A stretch of DNA of 60,502 bases from an uncultured virus (IMG/VR IMGVR_UViG_2061766007_000271). Lineage: Duplodnaviria > Heunggongvirae > Uroviricota > Caudoviricetes. Shown here in pieces: positions 1 through 9,537 of the stretch (its first letter is position 1; every line of letters starts with the position of its first letter). The stretch lies in the IMG/VR virus record IMGVR_UViG_2061766007_000271. The stretch is one strand, 5' to 3'. A program made the position numbers and the translations under genes. The notes under the pieces are model-generated. The model ran no database searches, was not told the origin of the DNA, and worked only from the letters and a program-made list of their open reading frames with translations.

Positions 1-41
1 CTAGGAAATGAGCCGTGTTTTCAAAGTATTTCAGCATGGTG

Positions 42-293
42 TCAGTCTCCCTCGACTTCGACTGTGAAATCCTCGCCATTTGGGAATGTGTAGGTCAGGA
101 TGAACTTCCAAGAACTTTCATTCTCGAAGGCTATGTCGGTCAGTTCGCCATGTCCGTATTCGACCAGTTCATCGTAGTCCATGCAGACCTGCAACTTGTC
201 GTAAATCTGCGTGTATTCGGAGGTGTAGATTCCGTTTTTTGAACCGCCATTGAGAAAGTCGATGAAATCCTTGAAAGATGAAAAATGCTTCAT
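42..293 (-). CDS. hypothetical phage protein (acidic)
   Basis: ORF with AGGAGA SD, downstream of class A promoter. Confidence 0.75.
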   Translation of the reverse strand: MKHFSSFKDFIDFLNGGSKNGIYTSEYTQIYDKLQVCMDYDELVEYGHGELTDIAFENESSWKFILTYTFPNGEDFTVEVEGD

Positions 294-343
294 GGTAGAA
301 TCTCCTATATTGGTTAAATGGTGAACTTCGTTGTCACATCATA

Positions 344-371
344 AATATACATCAAAACGCCACGAATGCAA
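344..371 (-). promoter_or_regulatory. class A promoter TTGCAT-N12-GATG-TATATT
   Basis: one of 6 copies with identical spacing in 1-6 kb. Confidence 0.7.
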
Positions 372-462
372 CACGCACACTCGCATTTTTCCTACTTTTT
401 CCATCCATTTCCAACCAGCCAGCGAATATGATATTCAATATCTCATGGCTGGCGCGGACAAC

Positions 463-490
463 AAAAAAGGCAGGAGCAAATGCTCCTGCC
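463..490 (-). terminator. intrinsic terminator (representative; most cassettes in 1-35 kb end with one)
   Basis: GGCAGGAGC/GCTCCTGCC stem plus T-run on minus strand. Confidence 0.8.
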
Positions 491-497
491 ATGCGTA

Positions 498-845
498 TCA
501 GATTTCGACCTCTCCGTTCTTCATCCGTTTCAGTTTGATTTCAAGGTACTTCTTTTCATCCTGCATTTCCTTGATTTTCTGCTTCAATTCGTCAATCTCA
601 ATCTTGACCTTGTAGCATTCTGCTTCTCGCTGGTTGTTAAAGAGGTACTTTTTGTTGGCTTGCGGATTGCTGGACGAGTAGTAGGCAAAGCCCCATGTGC
701 CATCGTCATGGAAAGAAATGCCGTACTTCACGTTTACAATCCACGTCCAGCCACAATCCATCCAAATCGTCTCCAAGACGTAGAATTTCGGTGACGATTG
801 AAATGCCTTGCGTTGCTTGTCGGTTTTAACCAAGTCGTATCTCAT
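498..845 (-). CDS. hypothetical protein, C-terminal coiled coil
   Basis: ORF track; ATGA overlap with upstream ORF. Confidence 0.75.
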   Translation of the reverse strand: MRYDLVKTDKQRKAFQSSPKFYVLETIWMDCGWTWIVNVKYGISFHDDGTWGFAYYSSSNPQANKKYLFNNQREAECYKVKIEIDELKQKIKEMQDEKKYLEIKLKRMKNGEVEI

Positions 846-1006
846 TTCCTGCCCTTTTTGTTATTGCCCTTGCCATGCTTCTGCTTCGGATGCTTCTTGC
901 ACCATGCAACGTACACGGCAAATGGAGTACCCAAGTCAAGCCGTTCGATTGCCCTCATGTCGTAGGGTGAGTAAGTTGCGCTGAAAATCATGCTGTTTCC
1001 GTACAT
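842..1006 (-). CDS. small basic hypothetical protein (54 aa, MYGNSMIFSA...)
   Basis: manual translation; AGGAG SD; stop overlaps next ATG. Confidence 0.65.
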   Translation of the reverse strand: MYGNSMIFSATYSPYDMRAIERLDLGTPFAVYVAWCKKHPKQKHGKGNNKKGRK

Positions 1007-1052
1007 TGTCGTTCACTCCTTTGAGTTTTGGATTTTTGATTGTTGTACCATA

Positions 1053-1080
1053 AATATACATCTGTTTTCCATGAATGCAA
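1053..1080 (-). promoter_or_regulatory. class A promoter
   Basis: TTGCAT-N16-TATATT. Confidence 0.7.
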
Positions 1081-1210
1081 ATCCGCCTGATGATTTTTCT
1101 CCAAGCCATCCAACGTGCAGTACATATTCAATATCATATATGGGTTCGTGGCAAAAAATCAGGCGGTATGGGAATTACTCCCATACCGCCATTTGTGGTT
1201 TCCTTACGCC

Positions 1211-2407
1211 TTACCGATTGACCACCATTTTCGTAAAGTTCTTCTGATGCTCTTTTTTGAGATTCATGAAAAAGACAGGGAAGAAGCCACGCATTTGGTA
1301 GTATTTGCTTTCAGCGTCCTTTATGTCAACGGTGTCCGTACCGATGACCTTGCCGTAGTCATGGATGAAATCATCCATGCTGACGTTGCAGGCGTACTTC
1401 ATGACCTTTTCAAGTATCTTGACGCTTTGGCTGATTTCCTCGTCTTTCTTTTCGTCAATCTTGTCCAACGCCTTGCTCATTCCCGAAAGGAATTCGTTTG
1501 ACGTGTAATTGGCATCCATCTTCTTTTCATCGGTCTTGACCGTTGGATTGCCAATCAACTTGTTGAACTTGACCGCCAACGCCTTGTCGGTGAACTGATG
1601 CAGGACTTCACCTGTTTTGAATTCGACCGCACAAACCGTAGTCTGACCTCTCAGAGCATCGTCAATCAAGTCAAACGAGCAGAACCAAAAGTTCTTTTCA
1701 TCGAACTTGTCAATCACTTCCTGTGCCGAATTGTAAATTGCCATCGCAATCGTTTTCGAGTTTAAAGCGTAGTAATTGTTGGCTTTCACCGTCACGAAAT
1801 CGCCATTCTTGAAGAAAGGCACGTCATTTTTTGCCGTGTAGATGTGAACCGCGTACTTGACCGCTTCATCTTCGTTTGAAAAGCAAATCGCCTTTCCGCT
1901 TTTCTTTTCCGCGACAAAGTAGTATTGACGGAAATCAATCCCATTCTCAATGTCACGCAAGCACTTGAACTTGTACTTGCTTTCATTGTGCTTGTTGATG
2001 TAGTCCAATGCGTATTTGCACTTGGTGAACATCGCCACAACGTAATCATCCGCATTGTAAACCACGTGCAGGTCTTTGTATTCGCCGTAATGGGGGTAAG
2101 CACGATTGCAACCGTTTTCACTCCGCATTTCCGCTTTCTTATTGTCGTAGGGCATGATGCTCATGCAATCCTCGCCATTCGCTTCCTCAATGGTATCGTA
2201 AACCTTGAAAGCGTAATTGTCGTTGGATTCGACCACACGGACGGTCTTTTGACTGTCATAACGTAAATCATTCGGCAAATCTGCCTGTGATTCGTCAAGC
2301 ACCTTAATGAAATCATCACGGTACTTTTCAGCGACCTTTTTTGTATTAAAGCAAACGCCCTCATCGTACATGTCGCCCATCGTAACAACAAAATAATATT
2401 TTTTCAT
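1211..2407 (-). CDS. hypothetical protein with internal repeats (YFVV...F...A)
   Basis: long ORF; start MKKYY after AAGGAG. Confidence 0.85.
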   Translation of the reverse strand: MKKYYFVVTMGDMYDEGVCFNTKKVAEKYRDDFIKVLDESQADLPNDLRYDSQKTVRVVESNDNYAFKVYDTIEEANGEDCMSIMPYDNKKAEMRSENGCNRAYPHYGEYKDLHVVYNADDYVVAMFTKCKYALDYINKHNESKYKFKCLRDIENGIDFRQYYFVAEKKSGKAICFSNEDEAVKYAVHIYTAKNDVPFFKNGDFVTVKANNYYALNSKTIAMAIYNSAQEVIDKFDEKNFWFCSFDLIDDALRGQTTVCAVEFKTGEVLHQFTDKALAVKFNKLIGNPTVKTDEKKMDANYTSNEFLSGMSKALDKIDEKKDEEISQSVKILEKVMKYACNVSMDDFIHDYGKVIGTDTVDIKDAESKYYQMRGFFPVFFMNLKKEHQKNFTKMVVNR

Positions 2408-2449
2408 GATGCAAGCTCCTTTGTTTGTTGATAAAATCGTTGTACCCAT

Positions 2450-2477
2450 AATATACATCCGTTCGCCACAAATGCAA
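2450..2477 (-). promoter_or_regulatory. class A promoter
   Basis: TTGCAT-N16-TATATT. Confidence 0.7.
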
Positions 2478-2647
2478 CCAAAACCAAAACAAATTTTTCA
2501 TTTTTGCCAGCCCACGCACCAGCCCATCCGACCTGCGGTGGCATACATATTCAATATCATGAACCTTTCAGGACGTGGGCACAAAAAATGGCGGGAGCCA
2601 GCAACCAACCAACTGACTTCCGCCACGGAAGAAGAACTATTATTCGC

Positions 2648-2896
2648 TTACTTCTTCCTGTTGTTCCAACCACAAGAACAACTCGCACTATGAATCATGC
2701 AAACTCCGTTTTTTGTACAAGCTACGAGGTACTGATGACCCTCATGCTCGATGGCATGAAAGTTGATGAAATGCTCGTTCGGCGGAGCGGGTATCGCGAA
2801 TCTCTCACGGAAATTCGTCATCGTAAATCCGCTGAACAGGAACACCGCAATTGCCCCGATGATTATCATCACTAAAAGTTTATTATGATTTTTCAT
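2648..2896 (-). CDS. membrane-anchored hypothetical protein (HSASCSC C-terminus)
   Basis: N-terminal hydrophobic helix; SD. Confidence 0.75.
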   Translation of the reverse strand: MKNHNKLLVMIIIGAIAVFLFSGFTMTNFRERFAIPAPPNEHFINFHAIEHEGHQYLVACTKNGVCMIHSASCSCGWNNRKK

Positions 2897-2908
2897 GGTT
2901 CCTTTTCC

Positions 2909-3049
2909 TCACTGAAAACACATTGAAAACGCCGTCTGAATCCCTTTGACCGTGTAAACACATGTCGCCAACCAGAGAATGAAAGTGACAATTGCCATCA
3001 CATCCATCATGACTTTCGCGAACATGCTGGAAATCATGTCGAAAAGCAT
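2909..3049 (-). CDS. small membrane protein
   Basis: hydrophobic 46-aa ORF after AAGGA; start revised from track. Confidence 0.5.
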   Translation of the reverse strand: MLFDMISSMFAKVMMDVMAIVTFILWLATCVYTVKGIQTAFSMCFQ

Positions 3050-3065
3050 GCTTTCATCACCGTCC

Positions 3066-3245
3066 TTACTTGCTGAACTTCCAACGCCGTGTATTCTTCT
3101 CGTAGCCCTTGCCAGCCTTGCCCGATGCATTGGACTTGCCACGCTTCCTGCCGACATTCCACCAATCACCGTAAGAGACACGTGCTGGTGCTGGAATCAC
3201 TTCGTAACCGTAGTCGCCAAAACCTGTGAACATATCGTAACCCAT
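3066..3245 (-). CDS. small basic hypothetical protein (59 aa, MGYDMFTGFG...)
   Basis: manual translation; AAGGAG SD. Confidence 0.6.
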   Translation of the reverse strand: MGYDMFTGFGDYGYEVIPAPARVSYGDWWNVGRKRGKSNASGKAGKGYEKNTRRWKFSK

Positions 3246-3321
3246 TTTTCAAACTCCTTTGTTGTTTTAAATGTTGTCTATCCACCGTGCCGTCAGCACC
3301 TGCTGACGGCACATTTACAAA

Positions 3322-3591
3322 CTATTCCTTACAGTCCAATTCGCATTCATTGACCTTGTAGTTGGTACCGCTTCCATCGTACCATTCGTTTTCCTCTCCA
3401 AGGTCATGTCTCATCTCGTCCAACTGCTCCTTCAATGTTTCAGTCCAGCCCTCGTCATTGTCGTACCATCCCTTGATTTTCTTTTCCATGTACTTGATGA
3501 GTTTAGCTTTCGTCAAGAAGACTTTTTCAGCCACGTAACCTGGGTCATCATTATCATGCTCGTACATGAGAACAAACACACGTCTTGCCAT
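3322..3591 (-). CDS. hypothetical protein
   Basis: ORF with AGGAGA SD. Confidence 0.8.
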   Translation of the reverse strand: MARRVFVLMYEHDNDDPGYVAEKVFLTKAKLIKYMEKKIKGWYDNDEGWTETLKEQLDEMRHDLGEENEWYDGSGTNYKVNECELDCKE

Positions 3592-3608
3592 TTTGCTTTC
3601 TCCTGTCT

Positions 3609-3854
3609 TTACGCGACCGTCACGATGTACTCGGTGCCTTCCAAGTCAACCCACCGACCGTAGCCCTCGACCGCCTTGGAGCAACGCCCGATTTCCTCTT
3701 CCATGTCTGCGTTGATGGAGTTGTCGCCGAGTTTCGCAAACCAGCGTGCTTTCACATTCTGCTCCCACCATTCGAGGAGTCCTTCCTTGGTGGTAAACTG
3801 GACTTTTCTTATTTGACCCGTGATGTTTTTGATGTTGACGATGAACTTTTCCAT
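3609..3854 (-). CDS. hypothetical protein (resembles N-terminus of 9127-9519)
   Basis: ORF with AGGAGA SD. Confidence 0.8.
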   Translation of the reverse strand: MEKFIVNIKNITGQIRKVQFTTKEGLLEWWEQNVKARWFAKLGDNSINADMEEEIGRCSKAVEGYGRWVDLEGTEYIVTVA

Positions 3855-3916
3855 TGTTGTCTCCTGTGGTTGCTGTTCTGGTTGTTTTTTCTTTCCTCTC
3901 GCCTGCCGACACCATT

Positions 3917-3944
3917 AATATACATCCTGATTCCGAGAATGCAA
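3917..3944 (-). promoter_or_regulatory. class A promoter
   Basis: TTGCAT-N16-TATATT. Confidence 0.7.
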
Positions 3945-4188
3945 TTCTCCTCAGCGTCTTTTCTGAAAAAAGCCCAGAAAAAACCACGTCAAGATAGGTT
4001 CCTTATACATATGGTACACGTGCATTAATTTCTTCTAAGGAAAACACCGCCGTGCTCCAGACGCATCACCACGTCTCCATTAGGAAGATGATATTCAATC
4101 TATCATCATTCATCGCAGGCACAAAAAAGGGAAGAGCGGTGATGCTCTTCCCCAATGTCCTAGTTACTTGTTCAAACTCGCAAGATAA

Positions 4189-4458
4189 TCAATGCTTTTC
4201 AGCAAGTTTCTCACGCTTTCTTTTCAACGTGTTTATCTCTTGTTCAAGCGTCCAAACAAGTTTATCAATCGCTTCAAGCGTACCCTGTTGCGGATTCTTG
4301 GTTCTCGCAGTCTCAAAAGTCGAACCATCATAATAAGCACTCACATGGTAGCAATCCCCTATGTCGTGGATGTTGAGCGTCAGATTGCCCATGTGTGCCC
4401 TGTGCGTGTCGTTGCTGAAACGTTCAAAACCATTAGCGTCTAGCCAATTGTAAAACAT
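4189..4458 (-). CDS. hypothetical protein
   Basis: ORF with AAGGAGA SD. Confidence 0.8.
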   Translation of the reverse strand: MFYNWLDANGFERFSNDTHRAHMGNLTLNIHDIGDCYHVSAYYDGSTFETARTKNPQQGTLEAIDKLVWTLEQEINTLKRKREKLAEKH

Positions 4459-4478
4459 GATTCATTCTCCTTGTCACT

Positions 4479-4880
4479 TCAATGTTGCGTCTTGAAAATC
4501 TCGTCATTCATGAAAGTGCTGATGTTGACTTCTCCCATGAATTCCTCGTTTTCCTTGTTCCAATCACGGCTTTCAACTTGGAGTTCTCGCGTTGCACGTT
4601 GCAACGCTTCAAACCCCTGTTGCGTTCTGAAAACCTGTGCTTCATGCAAGTCGTTGAAAAGGACTTTATCCTTGATGTTCAAACCAAGATTGACACGGAG
4701 CATCATGTCGCTACCAAGACGGTCGCTTCTGAATTCCACGTCTTTCGGTGTCAGTTTGATGATTTCGTGTTTCCACGGATTATGCAAATTTCCATCCAGC
4801 CTTACGACAAGATAGAGTTCCTTTGCATCCGTAAATGCTTCAAGCCCCTTGCCGATGGTCAAGTCGTTGCTGTATTTCAT
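4479..4880 (-). CDS. hypothetical protein
   Basis: ORF with AAGGAG SD. Confidence 0.8.
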   Translation of the reverse strand: MKYSNDLTIGKGLEAFTDAKELYLVVRLDGNLHNPWKHEIIKLTPKDVEFRSDRLGSDMMLRVNLGLNIKDKVLFNDLHEAQVFRTQQGFEALQRATRELQVESRDWNKENEEFMGEVNISTFMNDEIFKTQH

Positions 4881-4921
4881 GATTCCGCTCCTTTTGATTC
4901 GTTTAATTAATCGTTTACCTT

Positions 4922-4949
4922 AATATACATCCGACTTTGCTTTTTGCAA
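4922..4949 (-). promoter_or_regulatory. class A promoter
   Basis: TTGCAA-N16-TATATT. Confidence 0.7.
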
Positions 4950-5058
4950 ATCACGGATGAAATTTTTTCCGCGACACAAATATTGAATATATAATCACAA
5001 GACGGACGCAGACATGAAAAAAGGAGTGGCAATTACGCCACTCCCTTTTGGAATCATC

Positions 5059-5304
5059 TTATTGTTCTACTTTGTCAAGCCAAACCCGATTGTTCCAATG
5101 ACCGCCATTGTATTCATCATGCCACGTAAAGTATTCACGATGAATTTCTATGTCCGTAGGGTTGTCGGGGTCGCTTGGTGTGTTCTCACGGTACGTGTTG
5201 TTCAAGCCTTGTTCTTCCTTGTACTTCTTCCAAGCCTCGGTCATGCTATCGGCTTCAACTGTGGTAAACCCACGATTGTAGTCTTCGATGTTGTATTTGC
5301 TCAT
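5059..5304 (-). CDS. hypothetical protein (VEA.S..EA motif)
   Basis: GGAGG SD, start MSKYN. Confidence 0.75.
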   Translation of the reverse strand: MSKYNIEDYNRGFTTVEADSMTEAWKKYKEEQGLNNTYRENTPSDPDNPTDIEIHREYFTWHDEYNGGHWNNRVWLDKVEQ

Positions 5305-5305
5305 G

Positions 5306-5647
5306 TCAATCCTCCCACACAAATTCCCAGTATTGGTAAGTCATGTCGTATTTCGTGCCGAACAGTTCGTAATCACCCATGTCTTCCCAACGCCCAACGT
5401 TAATCAGCACATCAGCCATCCGTTCAGCCCACTTGTCCAAATCTTTATTATGAAATGCTTTCATGCGTTTAAGCATTTCAACATCAGATGCGTCAACATT
5501 GGCATCATTTGTGCGTTTCTCCAAATCGTCAATCTTGTTTTCGTAGTTTGTCTTGATGCTATCCTTGACAAACGCTTTGACGGAATTGATGGATTGGAAA
5601 GCATGGGGTTCTTTTTCATTGATTAAAACAAGGTAGCCGTCCAACAT
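5306..5647 (-). CDS. hypothetical protein
   Basis: ORF with AAGGAGA SD. Confidence 0.8.
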   Translation of the reverse strand: MLDGYLVLINEKEPHAFQSINSVKAFVKDSIKTNYENKIDDLEKRTNDANVDASDVEMLKRMKAFHNKDLDKWAERMADVLINVGRWEDMGDYELFGTKYDMTYQYWEFVWED

Positions 5648-5679
5648 GGTTCATTCTCCTTTGATGATTGATTGGTTGA

Positions 5680-5892
5680 TTAGCGGTTCACATGAAATTC
5701 AAAACCACAATGACAGTAGCCTGTGTCGTTTGAAATCTCTTCTGAAATGTAGTCCTCGATTTCATCGTCAGACAAATCCTCGTCCACATCGTACTCCATC
5801 TGCTTCGGCAAGGAATCGAGAATTTCCTGCTTGTCTTCACTTTCATCTACATCCCATTCGATGTTCGTCACGGTCACTTTCACGGTCTTCAT
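5680..5892 (-). CDS. acidic hypothetical protein, paralog of 24961-25230 (VTNIEWDVD...LP)
   Basis: shared motif; SD. Confidence 0.8.
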   Translation of the reverse strand: MKTVKVTVTNIEWDVDESEDKQEILDSLPKQMEYDVDEDLSDDEIEDYISEEISNDTGYCHCGFEFHVNR

Positions 5893-5943
5893 GTTTCGTT
5901 CCTTTGTTTTCTAATGATTGGAATCTTTATCATTCACAACAAT

Positions 5944-5971
5944 AATATACATCCATATGCATAAAATGCAA
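5944..5971 (-). promoter_or_regulatory. class A promoter
   Basis: TTGCAT-N16-TATATT. Confidence 0.7.
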
Positions 5972-6034
5972 CAAGCGACCGATGAAAAATTCCCATTCGG
6001 TCGCCTGTCTTTTCGGTGCGGTCTGCATGAATAT

Positions 6035-6220
6035 TCAATCCTTCATACCGTCTTTCTTGTCGCACGATTCGCATTTATCATCAACATGTTTCTGCTGTTC
6101 CATCATCTCAAACATTTTTTCCCATTGTTCCTTTGCGAATGTTTCTTCATCCCTCAATTCTCTGCCAAGAACAAACGAAACCACGGCGACAATCACCACG
6201 AAAACAATAAAAGCACACAT
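6035..6220 (-). CDS. small membrane-anchored protein
   Basis: GGAGG SD; hydrophobic N-terminus. Confidence 0.65.
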   Translation of the reverse strand: MCAFIVFVVIVAVVSFVLGRELRDEETFAKEQWEKMFEMMEQQKHVDDKCESCDKKDGMKD

Positions 6221-6339
6221 TATATACCTCCGTTGTAAAATAAGTTTAAAACAAACATCACAACGTATTATACGGTATTATTCCTGCTTTTTATTCTTGC
6301 TTTTTGAAGCAATTGCAATTCGGACTGTGCAATGTATCT

Positions 6340-6404
6340 ACAGTTATCTAAATCAGCAATTAATCATATAAAATCATATAATTTTACATGACTTCGTTGC
6401 GAAT
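6340..6404 (-). mobile_element. IS607 right-end copy (rest lost in gap)
   Basis: one mismatch versus 10900-10964; abuts 10-N gap. Confidence 0.7.
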
Positions 6405-6414
6405 NNNNNNNNNN

Positions 6415-6750
6415 ACTGATGATGTTGAACTCAAAGAACAGTGGATTTATGGTGCGTGACCGCTTGAGTATCTCCTCGGGTACTGTCATGAACAGTTCCT
6501 TCACCACGAGCATCTTGAGCATGGCTTTCCTGCCCATGTCCACGAGTTCCTTGCAGAGGTCGGACGCCATCTGCTCGTTTGTCCTGCCGTTGCGTTCCTT
6601 CTCCCACTTGTCGCCAAGCCACAGGGAAAGAAACTCAACCTGATGGTCTTTCCACTTTCCACTCTCGACCCACTCCTTCACTCCGTTTATCTCAAATTCG
6701 CTGTCGGATATTTGTCTTTTAAGGAATTCATAGTCATTCGTCTTGAACAT
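6415..6750 (-). CDS. hypothetical protein, 3' end lost in gap
   Basis: start MFKTND after AAGGAGAG. Confidence 0.7.
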
Positions 6751-6781
6751 TTGCAACTCTCCTTGCATGGGGTTTCATCAC

Positions 6782-6853
6782 GCCGAATTGAAGTGCTGGC
6801 AAGCACCAGCCTCTCGGCACTCACATTATATGCCAATTCAAAACAGATTTCAA
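6782..6853 (-). promoter_or_regulatory. class B promoter (TTGAAA-N17-TATAAT) + leader hairpin
   Basis: GTTGAAATC...TGGCATATAAT-N6-GCCGAGAGG...AATTCGGC. Confidence 0.85.
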
Positions 6854-7003
6854 CGGAAAAGCAAAAAATTTGCATATCCAGCGACCAGGACAGATATGCA
6901 ACTGGCACGTATTCAATGTGCATGGCATTCGCATGAATGAAAAAAAGGGTAGTCTTCAAGACCACCCCCAAATCACACGCTGTGCGTCACACTGTATAGT
7001 GCA

Positions 7004-7327
7004 TCACACGTTGTAGTGCCGTTCCAGCCAGCCGAGGCATATCCTCCTCACTCTCGCCCTCGGCATATCCTGCACCCCGTCGTCCTTTGTATAGACCGTC
7101 CTCTTCCAAGGGTGCATGGCATGCTCCATCACCACACGCCTTGACGAGAACGATGGGACTGACGCCTGGCTCGCAACCTCGTCGGCTATCTGCTCCTTGC
7201 ATCTGTTCCACACCACGGCTTCCTTTTCATCTGGCGGTATTGACACACCGTGCATCTGGATTAATTCACGCCACGCCATTGAGAACAACGGCTTCACCGT
7301 CATGTACACTTCCTGCTTGTGCCACAT
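7004..7327 (-). CDS. hypothetical protein
   Basis: ORF with AAGGAGA SD. Confidence 0.65.
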   Translation of the reverse strand: MWHKQEVYMTVKPLFSMAWRELIQMHGVSIPPDEKEAVVWNRCKEQIADEVASQASVPSFSSRRVVMEHAMHPWKRTVYTKDDGVQDMPRARVRRICLGWLERHYNV

Positions 7328-7349
7328 CTTTCATTTCTCCTTTTTGTTT

Positions 7350-7751
7350 TCAGTCTTCCATGCTGTCGTTGAGCAAGTCCCTTTTCTCGTTGAAGCGAGG
7401 GAGTTGCATATATACTGGCTTCGTGCAGTCGAAGTCATCGTCGTCGGTGCGAGCCCAGGGTTCAACGGCATCGGTGCTGAACGCAAGGAACTCGTGCCTG
7501 TCAAAGTCAATGAGATAGAAATACTCTATGTCGGCATGTCTTTCAAATGTAATTTCATACCTCTTGTCGTCAAGCACCTCCCTCACGAATGCCCTCTCAT
7601 CCCATGAGTCAAGGCTCTCCCTGTCGCCAATGTATTTCTGCAACAGTTGTTGTAGTTCCGCCCCCACTCCAGAGAAATATCCGTCGCAGTGGTGGTAGAG
7701 GTTGAGGGGATAGCCATACCTAACTATCCTTATCTGGCATCTTGTGCTCAT
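7350..7751 (-). CDS. conserved phage protein (MSTR...YHHCDGY..GVG.EL type)
   Basis: motif I recall from many phage hypothetical proteins; SD. Confidence 0.8.
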   Translation of the reverse strand: MSTRCQIRIVRYGYPLNLYHHCDGYFSGVGAELQQLLQKYIGDRESLDSWDERAFVREVLDDKRYEITFERHADIEYFYLIDFDRHEFLAFSTDAVEPWARTDDDDFDCTKPVYMQLPRFNEKRDLLNDSMED

Positions 7752-7789
7752 TTTTCACTCTCCTGTTTTCGGTTCATGCTGTGCCATGT

Positions 7790-7843
7790 CCAGCACTCGC
7801 TGGCTGGCACACTCATTATATGCCAGCATGGTCTGGATTTCAA
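7790..7843 (-). promoter_or_regulatory. class B promoter with alternative leader (GCCAGCCAGCGAGTGCTGG)
   Basis: same -35/-10; leader shared with 10361-10414. Confidence 0.8.
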
Positions 7844-8114
7844 CAAAGATAAAGGATTTTTCCGTCACAGCCACATGTATTCAATATGCCACTGGCATTA
7901 TCGTGCAAAAAAGAGGGCTTTCCCTCATTCATCCAGAGGACAATTGCATACAGGGACTTGCACTTGTGCGATTTCACCTCACACGCAGAACGGGGGGTGC
8001 ATCTGGTTCAATCGTTTTTTCCCATGCGCCTCTGGAGAACGGAAAAGCCCTCCACCATGGTGGGAACGGCATAAACACAAATTGAAAATCCGCCGTTCCC
8101 ACCAGCAATGCAAC

Positions 8115-8900
8115 TCATGCATTCTGCTCAATGTACGAGCGAAGTTTCACAAGTGCGTTGTCCTTTATCTGGCGTACACGCTCTGCACTTAGGCGCAACG
8201 CCTCGCCCAGTTCCATGAGTGTCACACGCTCTCCGTTGAGGCTGAACAGACCGCTCACGATTGTGCGTTCCTTTTCGGTCAGCGAGCACAGCCCTTCCCT
8301 CATGAGGTCGAACATTTCATTCCGTTGCCTTGTGCCATAGGATTCATCCTCTTCCTCTTCGCTCACCTTGTCAAGGTAGGTGGTTTCGCTGTCATTGTCC
8401 ATCTTCGCATTCAGCGAGACCTTGGAGTTCCCGCCACTGCGCAGCACCGAAGCCACGATTTTCTTGTTGTAGCCACCGCATGCCTTGGCGATTTCGTCAG
8501 CCGTGGCTGATTCGCCGAGTTCCTCCTTCTTCCTCATGATGTTGCTTGTCCTGTTGTATTTGCCTATGGATTTGGCGATTGCCCCCGACAGGCTGGACAG
8601 GGTGTCCTTTATCTGATGGCGTATGTAGAACTGTGCGAATGTCCCGAACTTGGAACCCATTCCAGGCTTGAAGTTGTTGGCAGCCTGCACCAGACCGAGA
8701 TTGCCAGCACCGATGAGCTCCTCGACTTCAACTCCGTTGTTCTTGTACTGGTGTGCGATTTTCATTACAAGACCAAGATTTGACGAGATGAGTTCGTTGA
8801 TGGCGGTCTTGTCGCCTTCCTGTATCCTCTTCGCAAGTTCCTGCTCCTGCTCTTCAGTCAGCACCTCGTGCCTTTTCATTTCCTCTGCGTAGTTCAGCAT
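8115..8900 (-). CDS. RNA polymerase sigma factor, sigma70 RpoD/RpoH-like
   Basis: region 1.2 LTEEQEQELAKRI, region 2 NLGLVMKIA...GNLGLVQAANNFKP..GSKFGTFA, region 4 LSAERVRQIKDNALVKLR. Confidence 0.95.
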   Translation of the reverse strand: MLNYAEEMKRHEVLTEEQEQELAKRIQEGDKTAINELISSNLGLVMKIAHQYKNNGVEVEELIGAGNLGLVQAANNFKPGMGSKFGTFAQFYIRHQIKDTLSSLSGAIAKSIGKYNRTSNIMRKKEELGESATADEIAKACGGYNKKIVASVLRSGGNSKVSLNAKMDNDSETTYLDKVSEEEEDESYGTRQRNEMFDLMREGLCSLTEKERTIVSGLFSLNGERVTLMELGEALRLSAERVRQIKDNALVKLRSYIEQNA

Positions 8901-8935
8901 GTTTCTTCAAACTCCTTTGTCAAGATTGTGGTTTC

Positions 8936-9008
8936 GCCACTGGGGGCAATGCACTTTGCATTGTCCTCTCGGCACCGACATTATATGCCACTTCAAGACG
9001 GATTTCAA
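8936..9008 (-). promoter_or_regulatory. class B promoter + leader hairpin (drives sigma gene)
   Basis: consensus match. Confidence 0.85.
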
Positions 9009-9126
9009 CGAGAATCGCAAAAATTCCAGAGAAAATCCATTCAATCACATGTGCAATGCAACTGGATGAAAAAAAGCCACGCACTCCCCCTCTTCTTGTG
9101 CGTGGCTCTTCAATCGTGCGATTCGG

Positions 9127-9519
9127 CTAGATTCTGTAGATTCGTGGCTGGACGAACTCCCATTCCACGTTGAAACTGTCCATTATGTCAGTCACGACAT
9201 CCTCATACTCCACATCTTCATCCACGTCATATGATGAGATTGCGTCCTCAATGACGTTGCCGATGTCCCTGCACGACCTGTACTTGACGATGAATGTCAT
9301 TTCCTCGAACTGGAACATGGCGTATCTCTCGTCAAAGCCGACGAACTCGTAGTCACGACCATAGCCGTCAGACCATCTGCCATTCCTTGCCATTGCAGTT
9401 GAGATTTCCTCAAGCCTGTCCTTGCCATACGAGTCTGCGATGAACTTCACCATTTCCGCCTTTGACTTGAATGTGGCAGTCTCCTGCACCTCGTCATTTA
9501 GTCTCACCACCAGTTTCAT
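9127..9519 (-). CDS. hypothetical protein
   Basis: ORF with SD. Confidence 0.8.
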   Translation of the reverse strand: MKLVVRLNDEVQETATFKSKAEMVKFIADSYGKDRLEEISTAMARNGRWSDGYGRDYEFVGFDERYAMFQFEEMTFIVKYRSCRDIGNVIEDAISSYDVDEDVEYEDVVTDIMDSFNVEWEFVQPRIYRI

Positions 9520-9537
9520 GTGTCCATTCTCCTTTGG

